From: Schizochytrium sp. TIO01
Taxonomy: Eukaryota; Protista; Bigyra: Labyrinthulomycetes
Length of the DNA stretch: 64,000 nucleotides
Reading direction: 5' to 3'
NCBI GenBank assembly: GCA_004764695.1
Contig: SMSO01000004.1
Location: 1,054,001-1,118,000 of the forward strand
The position numbers were made by a program, and so were the translations under genes. The number at the start of each line of letters is the position of its first letter. Positions within the stretch are counted from its first letter, which is position 1. Of the stretch, positions 1 to 10,171 are shown piece after piece. Below the pieces are notes generated by a model. The model ran no database searches and was not told where the DNA came from. It saw nothing but the letters and a program-made list of their open reading frames with translations.

Positions 1-1075
1 AAGCCATAAGTACTCTGGAAAGGTTCAAGATGCATACTCGCTTCGTTGTACACCCCAAGTGCACGGCGTGGTTGCTGACACCATTCGCTTTGTAGAGTCT
101 GTGCTAGATGTGGAGCTCAACTCTTCTACTGACAACCCAATGGTTTTCACTGGGTCTCCGAATGTTACCTCAATCGATGCTGAGGGTAACACAGTTCATG
201 TCTGGCCGCCTAAACCGAGTATCCGCCGCGTTGGCTCGAAGAGTCTCACGCCTGAACCGAGCAACGAGCACAAGGAAAATGAAGAGCCGGAAACTTTGGA
301 TGACGCGAAGGCAGAGATTCGCCGTCTTCGTGCACTTCTTAGTGGAGGATCTCCTGAACTTGAGGGACGTGCAGATCAAACTAACGCAGGAGTATTTAGT
401 ACTGGTACTGGACAGTCCAACCTCAAAAGCCTTGGCGCAAAACGCGAGAGTGATACCTTTTATACAAATGCAGGCACCCAGGAAGGCTTTGTCATCTCAG
501 GTGGTAACTTTCACGGTGAGTACCCTGCCAAGGTCCTTGATTACCTTGCAATTGGCATTAGCGAGATTGCTTCCATCAGTGAGCGCCGTATCGAACGTAT
601 GGTAAATCCTGCTTTGAGCGGAATGCCTGCCTTTCTCGTCAAGGACGGTGGGCTGAACTCTGGATTTATGATTGCGCACTGTACTGCTGCGGCTTTGGTG
701 TCAGAAAACAAATCTTTGTCTCACCCTGCAAGTGTTGATTCCATTTCTACCTCGGCTGCCAAGGAGGACCACGTTTCAATGGGAGGCTATGCTGCACGCA
801 AGGCATTGCAGGTTGTGGAGAATGTTGAGCATGTGCTTGCTATCGAGCTTCTCGCAGCATGCCAAGCAATTGAATTTCATCGCCCTCTTCGCACTACGGA
901 ACCCCTTGAGGCTATTGTTGCCCTGGTGCGGGACAACGTGTTAAGCTGGGACAAGGACCGTATCATGAACCCTGACATTGAGGTTGCTACAGCGCTTATC
1001 AAATCTGGAGCTCTCTGGCAAACAGTACAGCCTTTCCTTGCTGAATATGAGGGCACCGAGGTCGACATCTATTAA
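1..1075 (+). CDS. HAL: Histidine ammonia-lyase, 3' portion (gene starts upstream of the window)
   Basis: Frame is open from base 2 and reads [15 protein letters not shown]...[12 protein letters not shown]...[20 protein letters not shown]...[11 protein letters not shown]...[21 protein letters not shown]...[21 protein letters not shown], all hallmark HAL motifs. The listed start at 59 is an internal GTG. Confidence 0.96.
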   Translation, partial: SHKYSGKVQDAYSLRCTPQVHGVVADTIRFVESVLDVELNSSTDNPMVFTGSPNVTSIDAEGNTVHVWPPKPSIRRVGSKSLTPEPSNEHKENEEPETLDDAKAEIRRLRALLSGGSPELEGRADQTNAGVFSTGTGQSNLKSLGAKRESDTFYTNAGTQEGFVISGGNFHGEYPAKVLDYLAIGISEIASISERRIERMVNPALSGMPAFLVKDGGLNSGFMIAHCTAAALVSENKSLSHPASVDSISTSAAKEDHVSMGGYAARKALQVVENVEHVLAIELLAACQAIEFHRPLRTTEPLEAIVALVRDNVLSWDKDRIMNPDIEVATALIKSGALWQTVQPFLAEYEGTEVDIY

Positions 1076-1647
1076 GGCCAACATCATCAACATGACCGAC
1101 ATTGAAAACACCCTAGACAATTCTCAAGACTAGTTCGTTTTTTATTCTTTTCTGGTAGCGTTGTTGCTATACTCTTACGATGAGCAATCAGATCATTTCT
1201 ATTTTGATTCTTTTTTTTAATTTAAATATAACGTTATAAAAGAAATGTAAATCGTATTTCTTCTCATGCATTGATTTCAATTGCTATGTACAGTTAGTTG
1301 GCCATACATAGTCTTCTATGACAATTAAACAAGCCTTGAGTTTCTGTAGATTTCTCTGAGTTAGAAACATCTCGAAAGACATTCCAAAAAATTATCAAAA
1401 TATTTTTTCTTAAACCAAGAGTCCAAAGATGAAATGTTAAAAAGAGAGGTTCATCATGCCACATTTCCCAAAAAGTAAACTATCCATCCAACATAAGCTA
1501 CATCGTTTTTGTCATGTACCACGCAAGTTTGTTTGTATTCATTTTAAAAATTTCCTAAGCAAAGTTTTTCAGATTCGCGATATTTATGAAGACAGAAGAG
1601 TAATGCTTCTTCCCCCCAAATCGCATAAGAGACTGTATCTTTTGTTT

Positions 1648-4600
1648 CTAAGACTGATTTGGTTGAATCACTCCTAGGGCTTTACGAGTTGGTTCTTCTG
1701 AGGTCGGGGACCTCCCAGCAGTGTCAGCGGGAGTCTTGTGTTTACGCCACTGGGCCAATCGTGCTTCCATTGAGTTTTCCTTGGTTGAATTTGCAGAATT
1801 TACGTTTCGTGACGAAAGTGAGGGTCCTCCGTTTAGAGGTTTTCTTGGCTCAACTCGCTGCTTGTGTAGTAGAGATTTACCAAGCCTGGTGCCTGCTTCT
1901 TTGGTCTTGGTAATATTGTGATTGCTCGGAGCACTAGAAGAGTGCGTCACAGAGCTCTTCTTTCCGGGGTACAGAGGAGCACGTGGTGCTGTGGAAGAAC
2001 TCGCTGTAGGTTTGCTGCTGACCGAACCTCCTGAGTTTGGCCTGCTAGGCAAAATGTTCTTCTTTGAGTCGCTCCTTCCAAACTGAGAAGGTACTGGGGG
2101 CTTTCGAACCCCGCCCTGATCTGTAGATTTGTTGATGAGGCCTGAAGCGGGCTTTTTGGAATGCTGAGCATCGGAAGGTAGCTTTTTAGACTGAGTGCTT
2201 GAAGTTTCTGAGTGGGCTGCGGACTTGGCCGATGCTTGGTGCAAAGAAGACAAACTCTTTGTAATTGAGTCGCCTGTTTTGGATTCGTTGATCTTCTTCA
2301 CATGATCTACATCGCTAGGTACGTCATTAGAAACTGATGCCTCGCTTGGGGGTTTGCTTGCATCATGACGAGATGGAACGTTTTCTGGCAGCAACGGGTG
2401 GTTGCCTGCATCGCCTTTAAGGCCTTCACGTTGGGCTTGGCGATCTAGAAGCCCACACAGCAGCCGTGCTCGCAGGACATCTTTACGACCAGATACGGAC
2501 AACCCGATATGGAAGAGTGCATCTTGTAATTCCTTCACCTTGAAGGTATCAATGCGCTGCACAAGGTCTTCTGGGAGTTGATCTTCAGCCGAATCACGCA
2601 TAGCTGCTACATCTTCAACAGATGGACCTGTACTTTTCTTCGAAGCGTGTGAATCAAGTGACGGCCCGGAAGCACGCTTACGAGCTGCTCGAGACTTTTT
2701 CGGGGAGTCTTCCGTCCAGTCTTCATCATCAGAATCAAGCTCGGCGTCCTCTGATTCAGATTCAGAACTCAGCCAGAGAGGTTCCTCATCCTCGTCATCT
2801 TCAGAATCAGATTCAGCCTCTTTGGCCTCTTTAGCGCGTCGTTGTGCAGCCTTACGTACTTCTGCGGCTGCCTTGGATTTGCTTGGCGTATTTTCTTCGA
2901 GCAAAGCAACAAGTTTATCATAATCAGCTCCAAGTTGATCGAGCTTTTCCAAGAGAACTGCCTCGGTACTGTCTTCTGCAATTTGCTCAGAGTCGTCGTT
3001 AGCCTTAGGGAGACCGCTAGTTTTTGTGGGCGTGCTTGGGGGGGCACTTGACGCTTGCTGCTTACGGAGCATAAAAACAAGCTTTTCCTCGTGCTCACGG
3101 TGCAAGCGTGCTTTTTCGAGCACGTGCTGATGCTCAAGGTCCAAAAACATTTTTTGCAAATCGTCGTTGTCATTGCGCAGCTCCTTGTTGTCCTCTGAGA
3201 GCGTATCCACCTTATCTGAATTTGAGATGAGCTCTTGGTACAAAATCTTTAACCACTGTTTCGCTACATGGGTGGAGCGTACAGACGCCCATCGGCGGTC
3301 AGTTTGTGCTGTTTCTTCGGCCTCTAGAACAGAGGCTTGTAGCGAAGCAATACGCTCTGTACATGCGCGGCGTTGAGCCGTGATCTCAGGATCGTCGCCA
3401 ATTGGAAGAGATTTACGCGTCTCTACTTCTGCACGAAGGGCTTTACGAGCGCTTCGAAGGTGTTTCGAGACCTGCAACTGATCACCAAGCCACTCCTTAA
3501 ATGCGGTGCGCATTTCTTCTGCGGATTTGCCTAAGCCAGTGCCAGTCACATCATTCCGAAGATTTGCAGCTTGCTTTTGCTTGTTCAACACATCACGCAG
3601 CCTCTTTTGAGCAAGTGATGCTTCCTCTTGCTTTCTTTGCAGAACACGTTGCTGACGCTCGTGCTGACGCTCGAGGACCATATACTTGTAGCGCTGCTTT
3701 GTTTCTTGCTTCTTCATCTGCTTGAGTTCACGCTCTTTAGATTGCTTCCACTTGCGAAACTCATCCCCTTCCTCTTTGATTCTGCGCATCAACTTTACGC
3801 GCGACTGTTTCAAACCTTGGATCTCTTGTTTAAGGCGATCCATACCAGCAACATCGCGTTTCTGAATACGGATTAGACGGTCCTGCTCAGTCTGATTCTT
3901 CTTCAAAGTCTGGTGTTTGGTTTCGAGGTCTGCAAGTTTCTGCTTTAGATTCTTCTCACGGGCGCTCATGGGCGGTGCGCTTCCATTTGCACCAGTGTGG
4001 GCTGCGCGAGTTTTTGCTTGCTCATCTTTGAGCTTTGCAAGAAGGTCATCGCGCTCATTCTGTAGAATTGCAAGCTCGTCGCACATCTCACGAACAGCTT
4101 TAGCATACGATGCTTCCATCTGAACAAACTCATTTCCGCTCTTCTCCATACGTTCCATAGCTTCAACTTTGGAGGTCAACTCATCATTAATCACTTGTAA
4201 CTCTTGTTGAAGTGCAACTTGCCGCTCCATGTGCTGTTCTTCGAGCTGATCTGGACTCAAGTTCTCTCCGTCTCCATTTTCGGTACTGTTCTCATCCGTG
4301 TCATCTTGTGATGGTTGAGCCGAAGCATTGCCACCCGATCCATTGCCGTCTAGGCTATCATCGTTCATCGTAGATTCATCAGCAAGAGCACGCCGCAAAA
4401 CATCGAGGTCAATTGTCGTGTTCTTTTTCGTATTTTGATGAACATCTACACTCCCGGCGCTACTTTCTGAATCTTTCTCTTCACTTGGACTAGACTCAAT
4501 ACTTTCGAGTAAGTCGGTAATTCGACCAAGTTTGGCCTCTAGATTCATGTTACGGTCGCTAAGACGAAGTAAAAGCTGGCTAGTCTCACGAGTAGAGATC

Positions 4601-5886
4601 TTCGCCCTGTGCGCCTCCAAAGGTCGTTCCGAGCCTGTCCGCAGAGACGCGACCTCTTCTTGCAGAGATGCAATGGTTCGCTTTAACTGTGCCACAAGAG
4701 TAGAGTTTTGCTCGTTCATGGCTTCATCGTTCACCGTAGGTTTATTTTGAATGTTACGGGCACGGTTAGCATATTTGAGAGTATTCAAGGTTTCTTCCAC
4801 ATTACTGTCCGCTGGTGAAATGCAGGCAACCATGACTGTACGACTGTTACCTCCCAAAGAGTCCTGAAGAATGCGTGTGAGCTTGGAATCACGGTACGGC
4901 ACGTGGCCAACTTTGCCACCTGGCTTACGTTTGTCATCCCCAAGTGCTGAGATGACGTTACCAAGTGCCAAAAGGCCGCGGTTAATAGTGATTCCCTCTT
5001 GCAGGCGGTCACCTTGGGCTTTGGTTCGTTTAGCTCTTTCTGAGCCAGCAAGATCAACGAGGTGGAACTTTGAGGTTCGAACCATACCAGTCTCAGGGTC
5101 CTCATTGCGCAACGAAATGGTAAAAATAGCATGCGATCGACTTGATACACTGTTCATTTCAGTACTTGCAGTAGCGCGCTGTGCGCCACCGCGTGTGAGC
5201 TCTTCTAGAAGACTGGCTTTATCTTTAATGGGGATTTCTGTGAGGCCAACAACAAAGACGTTACGGCCAGAATCCTCCCGAACGCTCAGCTCAGGGGCTT
5301 TACCATGACTTCCACCCACTGCGAGGCCATCTGTGTCAGCAAGTAAATCAAAAACATTCTCTCGGTAGATCTCAAAGAATGACACGGAGGTTTCCCAATT
5401 TTGGGCGCCCTCTTGGGCTCGAAGTGATTCAATGCGGTCGAAAATGTCTTCTGCAACGCGAGGAATCACACCTCGGTCTTCGCCAGTTGTTCCCATTGTG
5501 AATGTTTTACCAGAACCGGTCTGGCCATACGCAAGCACTGTAGCATTAAGTCCTTGAAAGCATCCATCTACCAGAGGACGTACACACCCTTCGTAGAGAC
5601 GATCTGAGCTACAACGCTCAGATCCTGCCTCGAAGACGTGATCATAGGTGAACCTGCGAGTTCCACCAGGTAATGTGACAGTTTTCTCCCTTTCGCTAGG
5701 TTTCACACTGCTCACACAGCCTTGTTCTTCCTCATGCGGGAGCAAGGGCCTAACATGCAGTGCAACTTGTACGGCCAAGACCTGTGCTCCTCCAGCTAAT
5801 GCCGGGTTTGTTAATGCTGCTGATGGCATTATGATCTCCGTGGACTCCTGCAGATCGGCAGAGGATGTGTCCTCAATAGCTGCCAT
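1648..5886 (-). CDS. Kinesin-4 family (KIF4/KIF21/chromokinesin-like) motor with long coiled coil, acidic tract and C-terminal SAP-like motif
   Basis: P-loop AYGQTGSGKTFTMG, switch I NSVSSRSHAIF, switch II FHLVDLAGSERAKRT, HVPYRDSKLTRILQDSLGGNS and a KIF4-type stalk (LKQEIQGLKQSRVKLMRRIKEEGDEFRKWK). First in-frame ATG is at 5886; the ORF track starts at a TTG at 5916. Confidence 0.93.
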   Translation of the reverse strand: MAAIEDTSSADLQESTEIIMPSAALTNPALAGGAQVLAVQVALHVRPLLPHEEEQGCVSSVKPSEREKTVTLPGGTRRFTYDHVFEAGSERCSSDRLYEGCVRPLVDGCFQGLNATVLAYGQTGSGKTFTMGTTGEDRGVIPRVAEDIFDRIESLRAQEGAQNWETSVSFFEIYRENVFDLLADTDGLAVGGSHGKAPELSVREDSGRNVFVVGLTEIPIKDKASLLEELTRGGAQRATASTEMNSVSSRSHAIFTISLRNEDPETGMVRTSKFHLVDLAGSERAKRTKAQGDRLQEGITINRGLLALGNVISALGDDKRKPGGKVGHVPYRDSKLTRILQDSLGGNSRTVMVACISPADSNVEETLNTLKYANRARNIQNKPTVNDEAMNEQNSTLVAQLKRTIASLQEEVASLRTGSERPLEAHRAKISTRETSQLLLRLSDRNMNLEAKLGRITDLLESIESSPSEEKDSESSAGSVDVHQNTKKNTTIDLDVLRRALADESTMNDDSLDGNGSGGNASAQPSQDDTDENSTENGDGENLSPDQLEEQHMERQVALQQELQVINDELTSKVEAMERMEKSGNEFVQMEASYAKAVREMCDELAILQNERDDLLAKLKDEQAKTRAAHTGANGSAPPMSAREKNLKQKLADLETKHQTLKKNQTEQDRLIRIQKRDVAGMDRLKQEIQGLKQSRVKLMRRIKEEGDEFRKWKQSKERELKQMKKQETKQRYKYMVLERQHERQQRVLQRKQEEASLAQKRLRDVLNKQKQAANLRNDVTGTGLGKSAEEMRTAFKEWLGDQLQVSKHLRSARKALRAEVETRKSLPIGDDPEITAQRRACTERIASLQASVLEAEETAQTDRRWASVRSTHVAKQWLKILYQELISNSDKVDTLSEDNKELRNDNDDLQKMFLDLEHQHVLEKARLHREHEEKLVFMLRKQQASSAPPSTPTKTSGLPKANDDSEQIAEDSTEAVLLEKLDQLGADYDKLVALLEENTPSKSKAAAEVRKAAQRRAKEAKEAESDSEDDEDEEPLWLSSESESEDAELDSDDEDWTEDSPKKSRAARKRASGPSLDSHASKKSTGPSVEDVAAMRDSAEDQLPEDLVQRIDTFKVKELQDALFHIGLSVSGRKDVLRARLLCGLLDRQAQREGLKGDAGNHPLLPENVPSRHDASKPPSEASVSNDVPSDVDHVKKINESKTGDSITKSLSSLHQASAKSAAHSETSSTQSKKLPSDAQHSKKPASGLINKSTDQGGVRKPPVPSQFGRSDSKKNILPSRPNSGGSVSSKPTASSSTAPRAPLYPGKKSSVTHSSSAPSNHNITKTKEAGTRLGKSLLHKQRVEPRKPLNGGPSLSSRNVNSANSTKENSMEARLAQWRKHKTPADTAGRSPTSEEPTRKALGVIQPNQS

Positions 5887-8362
5887 GATTATCTTTAGTT
5901 CTGTTGACTGTGCCAACGCAGGAAAATCTTGGCTCGACTCTTCAGCAAGCCAGAGTTCTCGTTCGTAAAGACTTGGAGCCCGTGCCAGACTTGTTTCTGG
6001 TCAATATTTGGAGAAGTGATTCAACGCAAGCCCAAGAGATCTGGCTCCGGGCAAGAACAAGAGCTCAGAACTGTGTTAAAGTCCCTTGCCAGAGTCCCTG
6101 GCATGCGTGACTGAGTCTGCCAAGCAGCAGCCCCAAGTCTACAATATCTTGCTTGGCGCTTGCAAACGACAGTAAGTCAAGCTTCGAGTTCTATTCCTCG
6201 TTGGATTCTGGTCAGAAGTTGCTGTTGATCCCTGCCCTTTGCTTGCAATTCTGTAAAACCGCCACCAGCGTTCTATTTCCCCAGCAGAAACGAACTATAT
6301 TTGGAACACTAATAAAAATAGTGAACTATTTATGTTAATATTATAACAATACAACTAGTAGTCCAGTATTTATGTTGTATAGAACAACGTAGATCGTATT
6401 TATTGATGAATCAGTTAAAGAACGAAACACATACATAAAACCCTTTCTTATATATACCAGTTATATAGACAGATAAACCTACATTCACGTGAAAAGTGAC
6501 GAGTCTCACCAAAAGTGCGAACCTTTGTTCCCTCGCTGATTTTTCAAGGTTCCAAACTCGTGCTTTCTGCTTGCACTTTCAACGTTGTCCTTCGGCTTTC
6601 TCCACCCCCCTCACCAGGCTTCTCCGGTCCACTATATGCATCTCTGGCGCATGGATTGGTATCCCTAGCCACGATGAAACGCAACATCACATGCCAATCA
6701 ATTCTTTGCTTAATCTTCGTCAAAAGCGCTTTTGTTTGGGTTCCGCAGTGGTTCTGCAATGGTTCCTCATTCGCTCCGGCCCTTTGCTCGAGGAGTTCTT
6801 ATTCTTCAGGTTTCTTTAAGACTGACAGATGACAGTCTTGCCACTCTTCGGAGACCTCTGACAGGAACGCAAAGCCGGTATCGAAGACTCCTGCTGCGCC
6901 TTCGAGGAGCGAAGGCTGATTATCCCCATTCATGAAGTTTTGGCAACTCGCAAGAAACATGCGAAAAAGAGCCCGTCTGAGCTCATTGTGCACCTCCATA
7001 CGTCGACCGAATACATTTATTTCGTTGTAAATTACTATTTATTTACAACTTGAAATACTATTTATTTACAGATGAATACGTATGAGGTATGATAGTCCAT
7101 GTATTTGTTTACGCACTGCATTACTCCGTATGATTGGTTTCTTTACTAGCTTTTGCTCACTTCTTCACCTCTTTGGATTAATTTTTGATTTTGATTCTCA
7201 TGATAAGACTAAAACACGAATTACAGCCTTGGCGCATAGCACTCAGTTATTGATGGTTAGGGTCTTCCCGCCCTATGAGATAGGTGGAAGGAAGGGTGTT
7301 CCGCTTGCACGGACAAAGTGGAACAGAACGTGGAACGAACATCCGCTGCCGCTTTGAGATCGAGGGAATGTGAAGCGGAAGGCTGCCAGGCTTGGCCTGA
7401 CTGAGTATGGAGTTCCAGTGGGTACGCGAGAGTGCCATGCAGGTTTATATTTTGAGGCTGGGTAAGCCTTGAGCTGGGTGGGGATACAGTTCTTCGGCTG
7501 GGTTGGCGGCACTTTGTCTTTCTCTTGGTGACTATTTATTTATTTAGTTATTTATTTACAGATTATTTATAGGGATGCTAGTTGGAAGTTCCATCTTCTT
7601 TAGCTTAAGAATTTACGTGGGGATACTTTTGTGTAGGATCATATAGGATAAACGGTAGCAGTGACCAGTATCTGTTAGAAAGACCAAAACTACTAACTTT
7701 CTTTTTTTGGTATCAACACGTATGAAAAGTTGAATGCGATCAAATCACCAAAACCCTGACGGTCCGCCGCGCCGAAGAGTCGCCGAGCAGGCCTCGCCGC
7801 GTGGCAGGCCCTCGCTCGACGCACGATCGTTCTTGCCCTGCGGTCCTGGGGTCCTCCTCTCCCCGCATCGTGACCTCGTCAGGCAGGTCTTGCGTCTTCC
7901 TCTTCGTTGGTTCGTTGGTTCGTTGTAGTGTTACCTCGTTGCTAGTCCAGGACGAGCCGCAGCAGCAGCAGCAACGACAACAGCAGCATAGACAGCAATA
8001 ACAGAAGCAGTAGAAATTCGTGTTTGGCTAGGTCTCACCTCAACAAAGAATTACAAAAGTTTCGCGGAGCTCAGTTTGATTGATTTTGCTGATCGATTTT
8101 TCAAGTGCTCAGGTGCCTATTTGACAGAACATTGCCCATTTAGGCTCAATATTTCCTGAATTCCTCAATTTCTGTTCAACTATAGCAGACCGGAGGAATA
8201 CTTTTCAACTTATCTCCTAGATAACAGGCCTTCACAGATATATCCTCTTTGGTGCAAGGAGATAGAGAGAGTTCTTGCGTGCTGTGGCTGAAAATTCAAA
8301 CCACCTTTTCATTCATAGTCAGGTTTTGCTGCTGGTGAGGGCTGTAAGATTCCAAATCAATC

Positions 8363-9835
8363 ATGCGGCGTCGTGACGATGACGGTGGTCTTGAAGAGTC
8401 CGAGTTGGGTTGGATGTTTGAGGCCTCACCAGATGACCTGCAAGTGCCAGTCCAAGTACCTCATCGAGCCTCACGATCTCAACGCAAAGACCGCAGTCGC
8501 AGATCACAACCCTCGCGAACCAGCAGTCGAGACAAATATCAAGGCTACACCTGGCGCAATCAATTCGGCATTCGCGCTGCTGTGCCGGGTTATGAAGAGG
8601 ACGAGATTTCCTATGTTACAGTGGCAACATGGACTTCTCTGGTCATCGTCTCATGCATGTTTTTGCACGAAGTCATAGCCAAGAGTTTGTCAAACGGGAT
8701 TGCACTCTTCATCCTTGCTATACCACCCATCACTGTGCTGTATACAGCAGCCCAGCGCTGGGAGCATAAACGTGTCGAAATGGGCCTTGTACGCGAACTT
8801 TTTTTCAAAGGCTTTGGACCTGGGTTTTTGCTTCTTCTTTTCATTGAAATGCTCTGTGCAGTTACTGTGCTGGGCTATTACTGTTATGGAACGGATTGCA
8901 CGGACACTGTGGACATGATCCGCGATGTGCATCTCCTTCGAGATTTGCGTCAATTGGCGCGTCTCCTTTACCAGACAGCCCCCCTACGCGGTCTTTTAGT
9001 TGCCTTTGTCTTGTGTTTCTTCACAGCAGGTTTTCTAGAGGAAAGCACAAAGCTTTTCTTTGTTAGCAGTGCTATCCGATTTGGCTTGCAGCCTGTACGC
9101 AACGTAAATTCTGTGGACCCTATCTCACCAGTATCTGGTGGAGATCGTAGTAGTGCGTTATTTGCAAAGATTCAAGGGGAATCTCAGACAATTCCTGAAC
9201 TACTCGGCGATGTATCGGGAACTCAAAATGATCACGCCCGTGCTGATTTTTCTGGGACTGGGTTCCGGGATGCTGAGCTGGCTACTGCCGTTTCATCGTC
9301 TTCTGCCTATGCGCAATCTGCCTCATACTACAATGGCGGACTTGTTGATGTGGCGTCTCCTATAGTTGACATTTCGTCCTTGGAGCCGGAAGGCAAGCCA
9401 AATCCAGAAGTTACCAGCATGCATGGGATTATCCTATATTTCATTGCTTTTAGCGCTGGTCTTGCTACAAGTGAAAGTATGCTATATATAATCTGCCTTG
9501 CGCGTACACCTTCAGATGCAATGCGTATGGCTTTGGCCCGAATTTGTTTTTCACTTCCGATGCATGCAGCATGTGGCTGCTTTACAGGTCTTGGACTTAT
9601 TGAACGATATCTTAAGTCAGGGCTTCCCATGTATAAGGTGTTGATGCCGGCAGTTGTTTTACACGGTATGTACGACTTTCTCTTACTGCTGCTTCGCGCC
9701 ACACCTATGCTTGACTTTCTCTCTGATAAGCATATTGAGCAGGTCAAGTATGGCTTATCGCTGGTCGTACTTTTATGCACGCTCTTTGTGTTGCGTCGGC
9801 GGCTTAGTGTCTTTTTCCATGCCTCACATCATTGA
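8363..9835 (+). CDS. PrsW-family intramembrane metalloprotease
   Basis: Multiple hydrophobic segments and the PrsW motif series GFLEESTK (EExxK), FSAGLATSE, PMHAAC and LHGMYDF. Confidence 0.82.
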   Translation: MRRRDDDGGLEESELGWMFEASPDDLQVPVQVPHRASRSQRKDRSRRSQPSRTSSRDKYQGYTWRNQFGIRAAVPGYEEDEISYVTVATWTSLVIVSCMFLHEVIAKSLSNGIALFILAIPPITVLYTAAQRWEHKRVEMGLVRELFFKGFGPGFLLLLFIEMLCAVTVLGYYCYGTDCTDTVDMIRDVHLLRDLRQLARLLYQTAPLRGLLVAFVLCFFTAGFLEESTKLFFVSSAIRFGLQPVRNVNSVDPISPVSGGDRSSALFAKIQGESQTIPELLGDVSGTQNDHARADFSGTGFRDAELATAVSSSSAYAQSASYYNGGLVDVASPIVDISSLEPEGKPNPEVTSMHGIILYFIAFSAGLATSESMLYIICLARTPSDAMRMALARICFSLPMHAACGCFTGLGLIERYLKSGLPMYKVLMPAVVLHGMYDFLLLLLRATPMLDFLSDKHIEQVKYGLSLVVLLCTLFVLRRRLSVFFHASHH

Positions 9836-10171
9836 AGAGGTTGATCTTGTTTATATTTATACTCTTTCCAATGTGTGATCTCACTCATACATGCAACTCC
9901 ATCTTTATGTAATTTATCTATCCATTGTACGCGAGAAGCATCCATACATTCATGCACCCAAAATGAATAACCAAACGACTATACACAACCAAGGCTCTAT
10001 AGAACGTAGTAGGCAGTACAGCGCTTCGTCGCTTCGTACAAATTACTACCTAACTACTGCACCCTCAAATATATATGCCCAATTATCAAATTATGACCAA
10101 ATAAACCTTCTTCCTTCCTTCTTCTTTTCCCCCAATTTCTCGCAAGCAGAATAATTGAAAACTACTACGTA

